IMG/VR virus record: IMGVR_UViG_3300028131_000005
Coordinates: 1 to 64,000 of that record
DNA: 64,000 bases
Direction: 5' to 3' (one strand)
From: a virus
A program made the translations under genes and the position numbers. This document shows positions 26,706-35,952 of this stretch, one piece after another (the stretch's first letter is position 1; every line of letters begins with the position of its first letter). The notes beneath the pieces are model-generated. The model saw only the letters and a program-made list of their open reading frames with translations, had not been told where the DNA came from and made no database searches.

Positions 26706-28223
26706 ATGAAAATGAATAGCTTATTTTTAACAGATGGTTACAAAACAGGACACCATCAACAATATCCAAAAGGAACAAACACTGTTTATTCCAACTGGAC
26801 ACCAAGAGGAAACAAGTACGCACCGAGAGGTTGTGATAAAGTTGTTTCATTTGGACAACAAATGGTAATTCAATGGTTAGTAGACCATTTCAATGAAAAC
26901 TTTTTTAGTCAGCCTAAAGAAGAAGTTTGTGGCCAAATGAAAACTGAATTGTCAATGTACTTAAATACAGACTATGATGTAACTCATTTTGAAGAACTTC
27001 ACGATTTAGGTTATCTTCCTATTGAAGTGAAATCTATAGAAGAAGGAATTGAAGTTCCTTTAAGAGTTCCAATGTTGACAGTGCAAAATACTGGAAACTT
27101 TGGATGGTTGACTAACTTTTTAGAGACTATTTTCTCTAACATGTTATGGCAACCAATGACTTCAGCAACAATCGCTTTATTATATAAGCGAATTTTAACT
27201 GAAGGTGCTTTAAAAACGGATAAAGATGCAATTGGTTTCGTAGACTTCCAAGGACATGACTTTTCTATGAGAGGAATGGGAGGATTTATGAGTACCATCT
27301 TAAGTGGACTAGGACACGCTGCCGCATTTAGTGGAAGTGATTCTTTGCCAGTTATTGCAGCAGCCAGAAACTACTATGATGAAGATGGTTTTATCGTCGG
27401 TTCAGTAAACGCTACAGAGCATTCAGTAATGTGTGCTGGAACTAAAGGAGATGAATTAGGAACCTTTAGAAGATTGATGGAGACTTATCCAACAGGAATA
27501 TTAAGTATTGTATCTGATACTTGGGACTTATGGACAGTAGTCACTGATTATTTACCAACTTTAAAAGACGAAATCATGAGTCGAGATGGTAAAATAGTTA
27601 TTCGACCTGACAGTGGAGACCCAGTAGATATTCTTTGTGGATATAACTCTCTTACGACAGACGAGTTCAAGGGCAAGGCAATCACTGTGGGTGATGCACA
27701 TCCTGCTAATAAAGGTTTAATTGAACTTTTATGGGAAACCTTTGGAGGAACCACAAATTCACAGGGTTACAAAGTCTTAGACCAGCATATTGGAGCAATT
27801 TATGGAGATAGTATTACTCCAGATCGAGCAAGACAAATTATTGAAAGACTTGCTAGAAAAGGATTCGCTTCTACAAACGTAGTTCTAGGTATTGGAAGTT
27901 ACACTTATCAGTACAACACTAGAGATACATTTGGTTTCGCGATGAAAGCAACCTATGTTGAAGTTGAAGGAAAAGGAAGAGAAATCTTTAAAGACCCTAT
28001 CACAGATGATGGAACCAAAAAATCTGCAAAAGGTTTATTACATGTAAGTAAGAACCCAGAAACTGGAGAACTAGAACTAAGAGATATGGTTTCTAGAAAA
28101 ACAGAAGCAGAAGGAGAATTGAAAACTATCTTCAAAGACGGTAAATTCTACAATAGAACTACCTTAACTGAAGTTAGAAATAAAATCTCTAACTTAATTA
28201 CAAACCCTAAATTGGTTAAATAA
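26706..28223 (+). CDS. nicotinamide phosphoribosyltransferase-like protein (probable NARP1 Namat-type)
   Basis: TDGYKTGH, HDFSMRG, ATEHSVM, SIVSDTWD, IRPDSGDP, IYGDSIT, GFAMKAT, KDPITDDGTKKSAKG. Confidence 0.92.
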   Translation: MKMNSLFLTDGYKTGHHQQYPKGTNTVYSNWTPRGNKYAPRGCDKVVSFGQQMVIQWLVDHFNENFFSQPKEEVCGQMKTELSMYLNTDYDVTHFEELHDLGYLPIEVKSIEEGIEVPLRVPMLTVQNTGNFGWLTNFLETIFSNMLWQPMTSATIALLYKRILTEGALKTDKDAIGFVDFQGHDFSMRGMGGFMSTILSGLGHAAAFSGSDSLPVIAAARNYYDEDGFIVGSVNATEHSVMCAGTKGDELGTFRRLMETYPTGILSIVSDTWDLWTVVTDYLPTLKDEIMSRDGKIVIRPDSGDPVDILCGYNSLTTDEFKGKAITVGDAHPANKGLIELLWETFGGTTNSQGYKVLDQHIGAIYGDSITPDRARQIIERLARKGFASTNVVLGIGSYTYQYNTRDTFGFAMKATYVEVEGKGREIFKDPITDDGTKKSAKGLLHVSKNPETGELELRDMVSRKTEAEGELKTIFKDGKFYNRTTLTEVRNKISNLITNPKLVK

Positions 28224-28240
28224 AAATCATAGATAAATAC

Positions 28241-28270
28241 AGCAGAGTGAAACTATTCACTCTGCTTTTA
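28241..28270 (+). terminator. intrinsic terminator after the NAD+ operon
   Basis: AGCAGAGTGAA-ACTA-TTCACTCTGCT then TTTA; perfect 11-bp stem. Confidence 0.75.
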
Positions 28271-28280
28271 TATTAAAAAT

Positions 28281-28550
28281 ATGCATTTAAAAGAACAAAT
28301 AACATACGTTAAAAAAATTGTAGGTAGTTGCAAAACAGAAGAACAAAAAACTGTAGCAACTTCTTGGGCTGAAAAGTGGGCCAAAAGAACACAAAAGATA
28401 TTCCCAAACGTCATAGACAATTGGGTAGATTTATTTATAGAGGTTATGCAAGTTGACTGTGCATGTTCAACTGGAAAAGTTGTTAAGTCACATAACCCAA
28501 AATGTAGTTATATGAATGAAATTTTTGGAGAAGATGTGGGAGAGAGATAG
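28281..28550 (+). CDS. hypothetical protein
   Basis: ORF track. Confidence 0.55.
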   Translation: MHLKEQITYVKKIVGSCKTEEQKTVATSWAEKWAKRTQKIFPNVIDNWVDLFIEVMQVDCACSTGKVVKSHNPKCSYMNEIFGEDVGER

Positions 28551-28803
28551 TAGACTTTTAATGGCTTTCCTTTTATTTCTTTTAGGAGTAATTCTTTTAG
28601 CTTCATGCGGAACCAGAGTAGTTACAATAAAAGAACAGATTCCTGTAACTTATAACTATGAAATAGAGACTCCACATTATAATTTAAGTGGAGCTTGTTT
28701 TCCTCAAAAAACATTGCGATTTTCTTATAAAGATACGGTAGAATTAGAATATGAATATGTTAGAAATATTAACAGATATATAAGGAGAAATGGCAAAAAA
28801 TAA
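28516..28803 (+). CDS. putative lipoprotein
   Basis: Hydrophobic stretch ending in a LLASC lipobox. Confidence 0.55.
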   Translation: MKFLEKMWERDSRLLMAFLLFLLGVILLASCGTRVVTIKEQIPVTYNYEIETPHYNLSGACFPQKTLRFSYKDTVELEYEYVRNINRYIRRNGKK

Positions 28804-29113
28804 AAAGAGCGTGAAGACAATTAAAGTAATGAAAGAAGAGTATAAAACTCTTAAACCTGGTGAGTTCAGACATGTTATTTTAGAGAACTTTTTCTTTGGT
28901 TTAAGTGGAGCTATCATAGTTCCATTTATTGCTGTAAGACTAGATATTGCAGTTCTTATTTGTTACATGATTCATTACTTCTATATTAGCAAGGTTATTA
29001 ACAGACCTAAATACGTTACCAGTCTTGCAAAGTTTCTATTATTCCCTATTCCTACTGCACTAGGAGGGTTCACAGGATACAAATTAGCATATTATATAAG
29101 TACACTACTATGA
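28790..29113 (+). CDS. membrane protein
   Basis: Three hydrophobic segments. Confidence 0.6.
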   Translation: MAKNKKSVKTIKVMKEEYKTLKPGEFRHVILENFFFGLSGAIIVPFIAVRLDIAVLICYMIHYFYISKVINRPKYVTSLAKFLLFPIPTALGGFTGYKLAYYISTLL

Positions 29114-29292
29114 CAAAACAAAATACACAGAAAGACTACGAGCATGTTAATTTAATTCTTAAAGAAGCAGAAAAGCACGGTTTAAGATGGGAAGTAGAGA
29201 ACACGGCTACAAAAATAATAAAAGAATACCCAACTATGGAAATAGTAGATGCGTTCACCCATGCATTTAATGATTGGGTAAAATAAACTAAA

Positions 29293-29481
29293 ATGGCAAA
29301 ATTAATAAAAACAGTAATAATACAAAAAACAATTACTTACGAGGCAGATCTTTCTAAGCAAGAAATAGAACAGTACCTGGAAAATGAAGATAGCTGTGTA
29401 CTATTTAATTTTGAAGAAACTGACTGTAAAGAAAGACAAACTGAATGGGTAAGAATTTACACGGACCAAACACCATATTAA
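29293..29481 (+). CDS. hypothetical protein
   Basis: ORF track. Confidence 0.5.
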   Translation: MAKLIKTVIIQKTITYEADLSKQEIEQYLENEDSCVLFNFEETDCKERQTEWVRIYTDQTPY

Positions 29482-29682
29482 ATGACAAGAAAGGAATATG
29501 AAAATCAGCTTAATTCATTATTAGAGCAGATTCAAGAATTAGAAAAAGTACCAGGAAAAAGATCTTCTGAAAAAGTAAGACAACTAAGAACCGAAGTAGC
29601 AAGAACTAAATTAGAAAATTTAAAGTTTTCTAATGTTTTACGCTAAGTGATAAACTATTTTTAACTTTTTTATATAATACAC

Positions 29683-30156
29683 ATGAAACTTATTTTAGTA
29701 GGAAAAGCAGCAGCAGGAAAAGATTATTTAAGAGAAAGATTAGAACATAAATCTTTTATTTCTGGTGTAAGTCATACAACACGTCCTCCAAGAAAAACAG
29801 AAACAGACGGAGTAGACTATCATTATACTACAGAAGAGAAATTTAAAGAGCTTATAGATTCTGGAGAAATGTTAGAACACATGATATTTAAAGGAACCTA
29901 TTATGGTTTAACAAGAGAAGAGTTTGATAAAGGCGACATACTTATTATGTCTCCAGAAGGTCTAGAACTTTTACCAGAAGATATTAAAAAACAATGTATG
30001 ATAATCTATTTAGATATCGAACCAACTACCAGATTAGTCCGATTAATCTTACGCGATGATAAAAACGATACATTAGAGCGTAGATTTGAGGCAGATGAAA
30101 AGCAATTTAAAAACTTTGAAGAATTCGATTTAAGGGTAACGAATTCCGAATTTTAA
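29683..30156 (+). CDS. gmk: guanylate kinase-like protein
   Basis: P-loop GKAAAGKD, SHTTRPPR..E.DGVDYHY, YYG. Confidence 0.88.
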   Translation: MKLILVGKAAAGKDYLRERLEHKSFISGVSHTTRPPRKTETDGVDYHYTTEEKFKELIDSGEMLEHMIFKGTYYGLTREEFDKGDILIMSPEGLELLPEDIKKQCMIIYLDIEPTTRLVRLILRDDKNDTLERRFEADEKQFKNFEEFDLRVTNSEF

Positions 30157-30190
30157 AGATATATAACTAACACCCTAAAATTTATATTAA

Positions 30191-30739
30191 ATGTCAAAAC
30201 TAGAAGACTTAAAAACAAAAAGAGATGAACTAGAAGCTGAAGCAACAAGATTAGCTGAATTAGAAGCATCCAAAATTTTCACAGTAGAAATTGATGATGT
30301 GAAAATGATTAAAACAATCCAAGACCACCTTAACAAAGGTTACACATGGACTACAAAAAATGCAGCAATTATCGTAACTTTATACGATAAATTGAAAACT
30401 GAAAGAACTCGAATCACTAAAGAATTTGCTGAACTCGAAACAGACCAAGAGGTTGCTGATTATCAACCAGTTCTAGAGTTAAAAGCATATGAGCTTAACG
30501 GACTTTACCAAGCCCTATTGAATGTAAATGGCGAAGGTATTGAAAATGCTAGAAAATTCATTAGAATGCTAACATTAGTAGGAGAATCAGTTACAACAGC
30601 AATGACTGAAATGTCAGAGTCTAATAAAGTCATGACTGATTTACATGTAGAACTAAATGACGTTGATGGAACTATCCAACATTTAGAAGATGCAGAAAAC
30701 AGAGAAGAAGTCGAACCAACGTTAACTAGCGAGGGATAG
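30191..30739 (+). CDS. hypothetical coiled-coil protein
   Basis: 182 aa; GATATATAA upstream at 30158. Confidence 0.65.
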   Translation: MSKLEDLKTKRDELEAEATRLAELEASKIFTVEIDDVKMIKTIQDHLNKGYTWTTKNAAIIVTLYDKLKTERTRITKEFAELETDQEVADYQPVLELKAYELNGLYQALLNVNGEGIENARKFIRMLTLVGESVTTAMTEMSESNKVMTDLHVELNDVDGTIQHLEDAENREEVEPTLTSEG

Positions 30740-30746
30740 GATTTAT

Positions 30747-31274
30747 ATGGAAGGTAAAACTTATATAACATCAAACATGCAACTTGGAAGGCCTTCTGCC
30801 ATTGGAAAATGGAAACGGCCTTTCAAGAATGTTGATGAAATGACAGAAACTCTAATTAAGAATTGGAATGATACTGTTACGAACAGAGACGTTGTATATC
30901 ATTTAGGTAACTTTGCATGGGACCCTAAAACAGCTTACGATTCAGTAATGGCTCTTAATGGCCGAGAAATTTATTTTATTCAAGCAGAAACAGATGCTCC
31001 TTTATTAGAGCTTTGGCAAAAAGATACGCTACCTGAAAAAGTCAAAATTATTGATGACGTCTGTTTTGATGCTGAAAAAAACAGAGTTTACTCATATTGG
31101 CCTTTAAAGGAATGGAAAAACAAATCCAAGGGATCTTATAATATTATTGGGTATCCAAATAGAAAATACAAAACTAATCCCAAAAATAAAGTTATTAATT
31201 GCAGCGTAGAGCAATGTAACTATAAACCACAAGATTTAGAATCAATACTAGGTCTTCTCAATGAAATAGGATAA
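30747..31274 (+). CDS. calcineurin-like metallophosphoesterase homolog with the metal ligands substituted
   Basis: Scaffold RPF..VDEM.E.LI.NWN..V...D.VYHLG.F and IN.SVE...YKP retained; D-x-H is NMQ, GD is GN, GNHD is AETD, HGH is IGY. Confidence 0.7.
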   Translation: MEGKTYITSNMQLGRPSAIGKWKRPFKNVDEMTETLIKNWNDTVTNRDVVYHLGNFAWDPKTAYDSVMALNGREIYFIQAETDAPLLELWQKDTLPEKVKIIDDVCFDAEKNRVYSYWPLKEWKNKSKGSYNIIGYPNRKYKTNPKNKVINCSVEQCNYKPQDLESILGLLNEIG

Positions 31275-31281
31275 AAAAAAT

Positions 31282-31340
31282 TGAAAATAAATGCCATAAA
31301 GTTTTTTTATGTCGTTTATTTTTGTTATATTTATACTATA
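31282..31340 (+). promoter_or_regulatory. early-promoter-like element, copy 6 (upstream of the sigma factor)
   Basis: TGAAAATAAATGCC...TTTTTTTATGTCG-N17-TATACTATA. Confidence 0.78.
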
Positions 31341-31359
31341 ATTAAAAAACATAAAAAAT

Positions 31360-31959
31360 ATGAAACAAGCGACTTACAGAGAATTAGGAGAAAACTTCTA
31401 CAACACACGAACAGAAAAAGACTATAACAAGCTCTATTTAAGAGTTAAACCAGGTCTAAAGAATTACATATTCAAAATGGTAAAAGACAGCGAAGTGGCT
31501 GAAGATTTACTTTCTAATACTCTAGTAAAATTGTGGACTAAAATAGACCAATACAATCCAGAATGGCAAATCACAACTTGGTTATATAAAATTGCATTCA
31601 ATGAGTCTCTTGCTTATATTAGAGAAAGAAACAAAAAGTCTTCTCTAGATGGAATGAGAGATGCTGGAGTTCAGCTTTCAAGCAGTGGAGTTGTTAATGA
31701 TTCTATCTCAGGTCTAATTGCAAGTTTTGAACAAAAAACTGAAGAAGACTTCATTATGGAAGATGAAGAAATCATGGACCAGTATTATGGAGCTCTTAAA
31801 GCAATCAATGATTTAAAGCCAATGTATAAAGGTATCATGGAAGACCGTCTTATCAAAAACATGAAATATGAAGATATTGCAGATAAGCACAACGTTAATC
31901 TTCAAACTGTTAAAAACAGAATTCGTAGAGGTAAAGTATTAATCGCAGAAAATATTTAA
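31360..31959 (+). CDS. RNA polymerase sigma factor, ECF/sigma-70 family (regions 2 and 4)
   Basis: AEDLL...LVKLW..IDQY......TTWLYKIA.N (region 2); MKYEDIA....NLQTVKNRIRRGK (region 4 HTH). Confidence 0.9.
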   Translation: MKQATYRELGENFYNTRTEKDYNKLYLRVKPGLKNYIFKMVKDSEVAEDLLSNTLVKLWTKIDQYNPEWQITTWLYKIAFNESLAYIRERNKKSSLDGMRDAGVQLSSSGVVNDSISGLIASFEQKTEEDFIMEDEEIMDQYYGALKAINDLKPMYKGIMEDRLIKNMKYEDIADKHNVNLQTVKNRIRRGKVLIAENI

Positions 31960-31961
31960 AA

Positions 31962-32147
31962 ATGGATAAAGATTTAACAGAAAAAGAAGTAGAGATGTTA
32001 GTAAGATTAAACTCTAGAGCTATGAAAATAATTTTAATAGAAGAGCATTTCTTAAAAAAGAAATTAAGAATCGATACTAAGTACTTAGATACTCTTACGA
32101 CAAAAGAAATAGACGAAATACTAAACACTCATTGCATTGAAAAATAG
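31962..32147 (+). CDS. hypothetical protein
   Basis: ORF track. Confidence 0.5.
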   Translation: MDKDLTEKEVEMLVRLNSRAMKIILIEEHFLKKKLRIDTKYLDTLTTKEIDEILNTHCIEK

Positions 32148-32323
32148 TAAACTCATAAAAATAACCTATTATGTTTCAGGAGAAACTTCTATCATAGAAG
32201 TAGAGGCTTTAACAGAAAGTTCTTTAGAATTTTATATGGAACAATATCAAAGAAATAGAGAAGCTTTTAAGTGGGAAATTGTAGAAAATAAACAGGATAT
32301 ATAATATTCACTCAGAATATACA

Positions 32324-33226
32324 TTGTTTAAAATGAAAAATTGCATTGTACGCATACTTGGTAACGATCTTAGCGGTATTCATGGAGAAAATCAAACTTT
32401 TTCAAATTTAGAATTTACATTAACACACGAACAAGATTTCCAAAACACTGATAAACTCTATATTCTAAATAGGATTGTAAATAAAGAAAAGCGCAAAAGA
32501 ATAATCAATCTTTTAAATAAATACAACACTGATTATCTAGAGATAAAATTTTTAAAAGAAGATTTCGATAAATGGTATGAAATTGAAGATGTTTGTAAAA
32601 AATGGAGTGATTCAAAAACACTTAAAAATATTTTAAAAAATAAATATCGACAAAGAGAGATTTATGAAAGTCTCAAATACCTAAATAGATACGTTATTAA
32701 TATTAACGGTGCTAGAAATTTTGCGCTTGACTATTGCAAAAAGAAATATAAGTGGAGCTTTATTTTAGATTCTAATTCATTTTTACTAGAAGATTTCAAT
32801 AGTATCTTAACAAATGTAGACAGCAGTGTCGAATATATTGCTATTCCACAGATAAGAATTCATTCAAATGATGACATATTTTTACCAGAAAAACTAAATA
32901 AATATCAAAAGAAAGAACCTCAATTGATTTTTAAAAACACATCAAAGATTACTTTTAATTCAAATATGACATATGGCGTCGGCGATAAGGCAGAACTTCT
33001 TAGAGTTTTAAATATTCCTGGAATTTGGGATATTTGGAAAAATAGCGATGTACTATTTGGTATTAAAGACAGGCCAAAGGAAGACGTCAAACACTTAATT
33101 ACAGGTAGGATAATACGCCTTAGCCATTATAATAAAACCATGGATGATTCATATACCAATTTTTTAAATAGATTAAGCGGTTTATTTAATTTAATAAAAG
33201 AAATTAGAGAAGGAAAATATGATTAA
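32324..33226 (+). CDS. putative GT-A-fold glycosyltransferase-like protein
   Basis: RILGNDL, NGARNFAL...W..ILDSN resemble the GT2-type 'ARN.....D.D' region; heads the sulfotransferase operon. Confidence 0.45.
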   Translation: MFKMKNCIVRILGNDLSGIHGENQTFSNLEFTLTHEQDFQNTDKLYILNRIVNKEKRKRIINLLNKYNTDYLEIKFLKEDFDKWYEIEDVCKKWSDSKTLKNILKNKYRQREIYESLKYLNRYVININGARNFALDYCKKKYKWSFILDSNSFLLEDFNSILTNVDSSVEYIAIPQIRIHSNDDIFLPEKLNKYQKKEPQLIFKNTSKITFNSNMTYGVGDKAELLRVLNIPGIWDIWKNSDVLFGIKDRPKEDVKHLITGRIIRLSHYNKTMDDSYTNFLNRLSGLFNLIKEIREGKYD

Positions 33227-33911
33227 AAATTATACAATTTATGGCGAAAGAGCCTCTGGAACTTCTTTTTTAGAGGAAGCAATAAATTACAATTTTAATA
33301 TTGAATTAACTTGGGATTTTGGCTGGAAACATTTTTTTGGCCATGACCAATTAATAAATACCAACGAAACTTTATTTATAGGAATTGTTAGAGACCCACA
33401 TGAATGGCTTAATAGCCTTTATAAGAAGCCATGGCACTTAGAATATTATACTGACATTTACGGATTTTTAAACGATGAGTTTTTTAGTATCAATAATGAA
33501 AATACAAAGTGGCAACATCTTGAAGAAAATGTTAAGGGAGTTACAAAAAAACTAAATTCTGAAATTATCGAAGATAGAAATATTAAAACAGGAAATAGAT
33601 ATAAAAATATATTTGAGTGCAGAGAAGTTAAGTTAGATTATTTATGTAATACTATGCCAAGTTTAGTCGATAACTATATTTTAATAAAATATGAAGATCT
33701 TAGAGATGATTACATAAACACTTTAAAAAATATAGAAAATAAATTTAAAATAAAAAGAAAGCACCACAATATCGCCAAAATCGAATATTATAAAAAGAAT
33801 AAAAGTAAGAAGTTTATTAAATCAAATAATGTTCATTATATAGACATCGACTTTATTAGAAGGCATGGATATTTTAATTCTAATACAGAAAAAAAACTGG
33901 GATATTCATGA
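33219..33911 (+). CDS. sulfotransferase-fold protein 1
   Basis: 5'-PSB-like loop GERASGTSFL, GWKH, 3'-PB motif IVRDP..WL.S, IKYEDL. Confidence 0.8.
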   Translation: MIKNYTIYGERASGTSFLEEAINYNFNIELTWDFGWKHFFGHDQLINTNETLFIGIVRDPHEWLNSLYKKPWHLEYYTDIYGFLNDEFFSINNENTKWQHLEENVKGVTKKLNSEIIEDRNIKTGNRYKNIFECREVKLDYLCNTMPSLVDNYILIKYEDLRDDYINTLKNIENKFKIKRKHHNIAKIEYYKKNKSKKFIKSNNVHYIDIDFIRRHGYFNSNTEKKLGYS

Positions 33912-34708
33912 ATTTAATTTACTATTATCATTTACCTAAATGCGCCGGAACTTTCATTGCTAGGAATTTGCAACAAAACGCTGATAGCAATATTCATCCA
34001 AAAAGCCCATATTTAGAATCAGAAATAGAATTACTCAAAAATAATAAAAATCTAAAAGATAAAACAGGAAAGAGTATTTGTTACAATTTTAATAGACTTC
34101 CTGTTTCATCTCTTAAAGATCTCGGAGTAAGAAATGAGTGTAGTAGACAAATAAACGATTTTTTAGACAATATAATTAATAGCAGATTCGATACTGTCTA
34201 TGTTCATCATCACATGGGATATCCTGGTATATTTGATTTAAAAGATAAATTAATAAAATTAAGAACAGCTGTTGAATCCACCGGCGGTAAACTTTTTCTT
34301 TTTACATGTATTAGAGAAACTGTAAGTTTTATAGAATCCAAAATTAATTATCAAGCAAATAACAGAAATAACGATACAGATATTCAAAGACAAATAAAAA
34401 CAAAGTCTCAACATAATGCACAGTCCAAATATCTATTACATAATCATTCTAATTTATGGCCACATCAAAAAATAGATATTATGCAAGAAGACGTAATAGA
34501 GACTTATGATTTTTTAGATAAAGTTTACACCACAAAAAATGTAAATTCTATAAAAAACGATATTAGCTCTATAATAAATAAAGAAATAGTATGGGATACG
34601 ACTAGAAAGAATGTATCTACTAAAACATATGAAATACCGAAAGAGCTATATACTCAATTAAGAGAATTGAATCATATAGATTCTTTTATTTATAAAAAAT
34701 ACGAATAA
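33908..34708 (+). CDS. sulfotransferase-fold protein 2 (Sulfotransfer_2-like)
   Basis: YYHLPKCAGT 5'-PSB loop, IRE.VS..ES 3'-PB motif, N.Q..YL, C-terminal N..D..IY. Confidence 0.8.
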   Translation: MNLIYYYHLPKCAGTFIARNLQQNADSNIHPKSPYLESEIELLKNNKNLKDKTGKSICYNFNRLPVSSLKDLGVRNECSRQINDFLDNIINSRFDTVYVHHHMGYPGIFDLKDKLIKLRTAVESTGGKLFLFTCIRETVSFIESKINYQANNRNNDTDIQRQIKTKSQHNAQSKYLLHNHSNLWPHQKIDIMQEDVIETYDFLDKVYTTKNVNSIKNDISSIINKEIVWDTTRKNVSTKTYEIPKELYTQLRELNHIDSFIYKKYE

Positions 34709-34710
34709 AA

Positions 34711-35430
34711 ATGAAACATATTGCTATCATATCTTATGGTTGTTCTGGTACAAATGCTATTGTTGACCAATTATTAAACAATTCTAATTTTTGGTTTCAT
34801 GAGAATAAAGAGCCTTTAAATGTTAATAGAGAACATTATAATGGTTATCTTAAAGATGGAGATGCTCACTGGTACAATGACCATATTAGTAAAATGATAA
34901 AATCTGCTGAAAAAGAAGGAAAGCTTCTTTTAATACATATTAAACCAATGCATTTTTTAGGTCTTAAAGTTGACCTCCGCGAAGGTATAGAAATGCTATC
35001 AGATAAATTTGACTTTGTAACAATCAAAAGAAATAATTATTTAGCCATACTTTCAAGTGGACATTTTAAAAAAGCTAGAAAAATAAAAGGTTCAAAAACA
35101 GTAACAATTGATGAAAATAAAGTTAAATCAATTTTTAACATTTTCCAAAGAATGGATCTGACAAACATCGCTATTCAAGAATATACAAAACCAAACACCA
35201 TACACATTGATTATGAAAAGGAGTTAAATGTTGACACTAGAAATGCAGCAGATAAAATAACCAAGTTTTATAATATTTTTGAAGATTACAAATATGAACG
35301 AAAAAGGCATAATTTTCATGCTAAGAAAAATCAATGGTCAAATATTTTATTAAAAGAAAAATTAAATAATTTTAAAGATATTGAAAAAGAACTTTATGGA
35401 ACTATTTATGAGTGGATGTTAAAAGAGTAA
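34711..35430 (+). CDS. sulfotransferase-fold protein 3 (Stf0-like)
   Basis: ISYGCSGTN loop, EPLN, KR.NYLA..SS, IDYE, L.EKLNNF. Confidence 0.7.
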   Translation: MKHIAIISYGCSGTNAIVDQLLNNSNFWFHENKEPLNVNREHYNGYLKDGDAHWYNDHISKMIKSAEKEGKLLLIHIKPMHFLGLKVDLREGIEMLSDKFDFVTIKRNNYLAILSSGHFKKARKIKGSKTVTIDENKVKSIFNIFQRMDLTNIAIQEYTKPNTIHIDYEKELNVDTRNAADKITKFYNIFEDYKYERKRHNFHAKKNQWSNILLKEKLNNFKDIEKELYGTIYEWMLKE

Positions 35431-35478
35431 GTAAAACAAAATAAAAAAAGGATATATAATAAAACAAAAAGAAAAACA

Positions 35479-35784
35479 ATGGCAGAAAAAGAACACATAT
35501 TAGATACTATCTTAAATACGGTTAGAGAATCATTAACCGAAGAAGTCAAAATATTTTTAGCTAGGGATGGAGAAGATAACGAAGTTTTAGCAGTTGAAAC
35601 AAAAGATTGGCAGAAAGGTCTTTCAATCGATCAGCTAGTTAACAGTTATGGAACTCTTAGAATCTATCAAACAGATTCAGAAGAAGAAGCAATTCAACAA
35701 TTAGCTGCAAGTATTAGATTTTCAATCGATAATATGTTGAAAGAAGAACTTCCTTCTGACGCTGAAAAAGAAGATAAAAAATAA
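35479..35784 (+). CDS. hypothetical acidic protein
   Basis: ORF track; overlapping AAAC-N17-TATAAT and GATATATAA motifs upstream. Confidence 0.65.
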   Translation: MAEKEHILDTILNTVRESLTEEVKIFLARDGEDNEVLAVETKDWQKGLSIDQLVNSYGTLRIYQTDSEEEAIQQLAASIRFSIDNMLKEELPSDAEKEDKK

Positions 35785-35790
35785 CCGTTC

Positions 35791-35864
35791 GGGGGATTAG
35801 CTCAGCTGGCTAGAGCACTTGCCTTGCACGCAAGGGGTCATCAGTTCGACTCTGATATCCTCCA
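35791..35864 (+). tRNA. tRNA-Ala(UGC), 3' CCA not encoded
   Basis: Acceptor GGGGGAT/ATCCTCC with G3:U70; D-arm AGCTCAGCTGGCTAGAGC; anticodon arm CTTGC-CTTGCAC-GCAAG; T-loop GTTCGAC; discriminator A followed by CAA. Confidence 0.95.
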
Positions 35865-35868
35865 CAAC

Positions 35869-35900
35869 AAAGCTCTATTAATTTAGGGCTTTTTTGTTTT
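35869..35900 (+). terminator. intrinsic terminator after the tRNA
   Basis: AAAGCTCTA-TTAATT-TAGGGCTTT then a T run. Confidence 0.7.
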
Positions 35901-35952
35901 AAACAAAATCTAAAAACCTTATATAAAAACCATAACTTTTAAAATTTAAAAA

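Noticed and set aside
35791-35864. tRNA-Ala as a prophage or island integration site for the sulfotransferase cassette
   Set aside because: I saw no duplicated tRNA 3' end and no integrase in the window; phage-type genes and promoter motifs continue on both sides.
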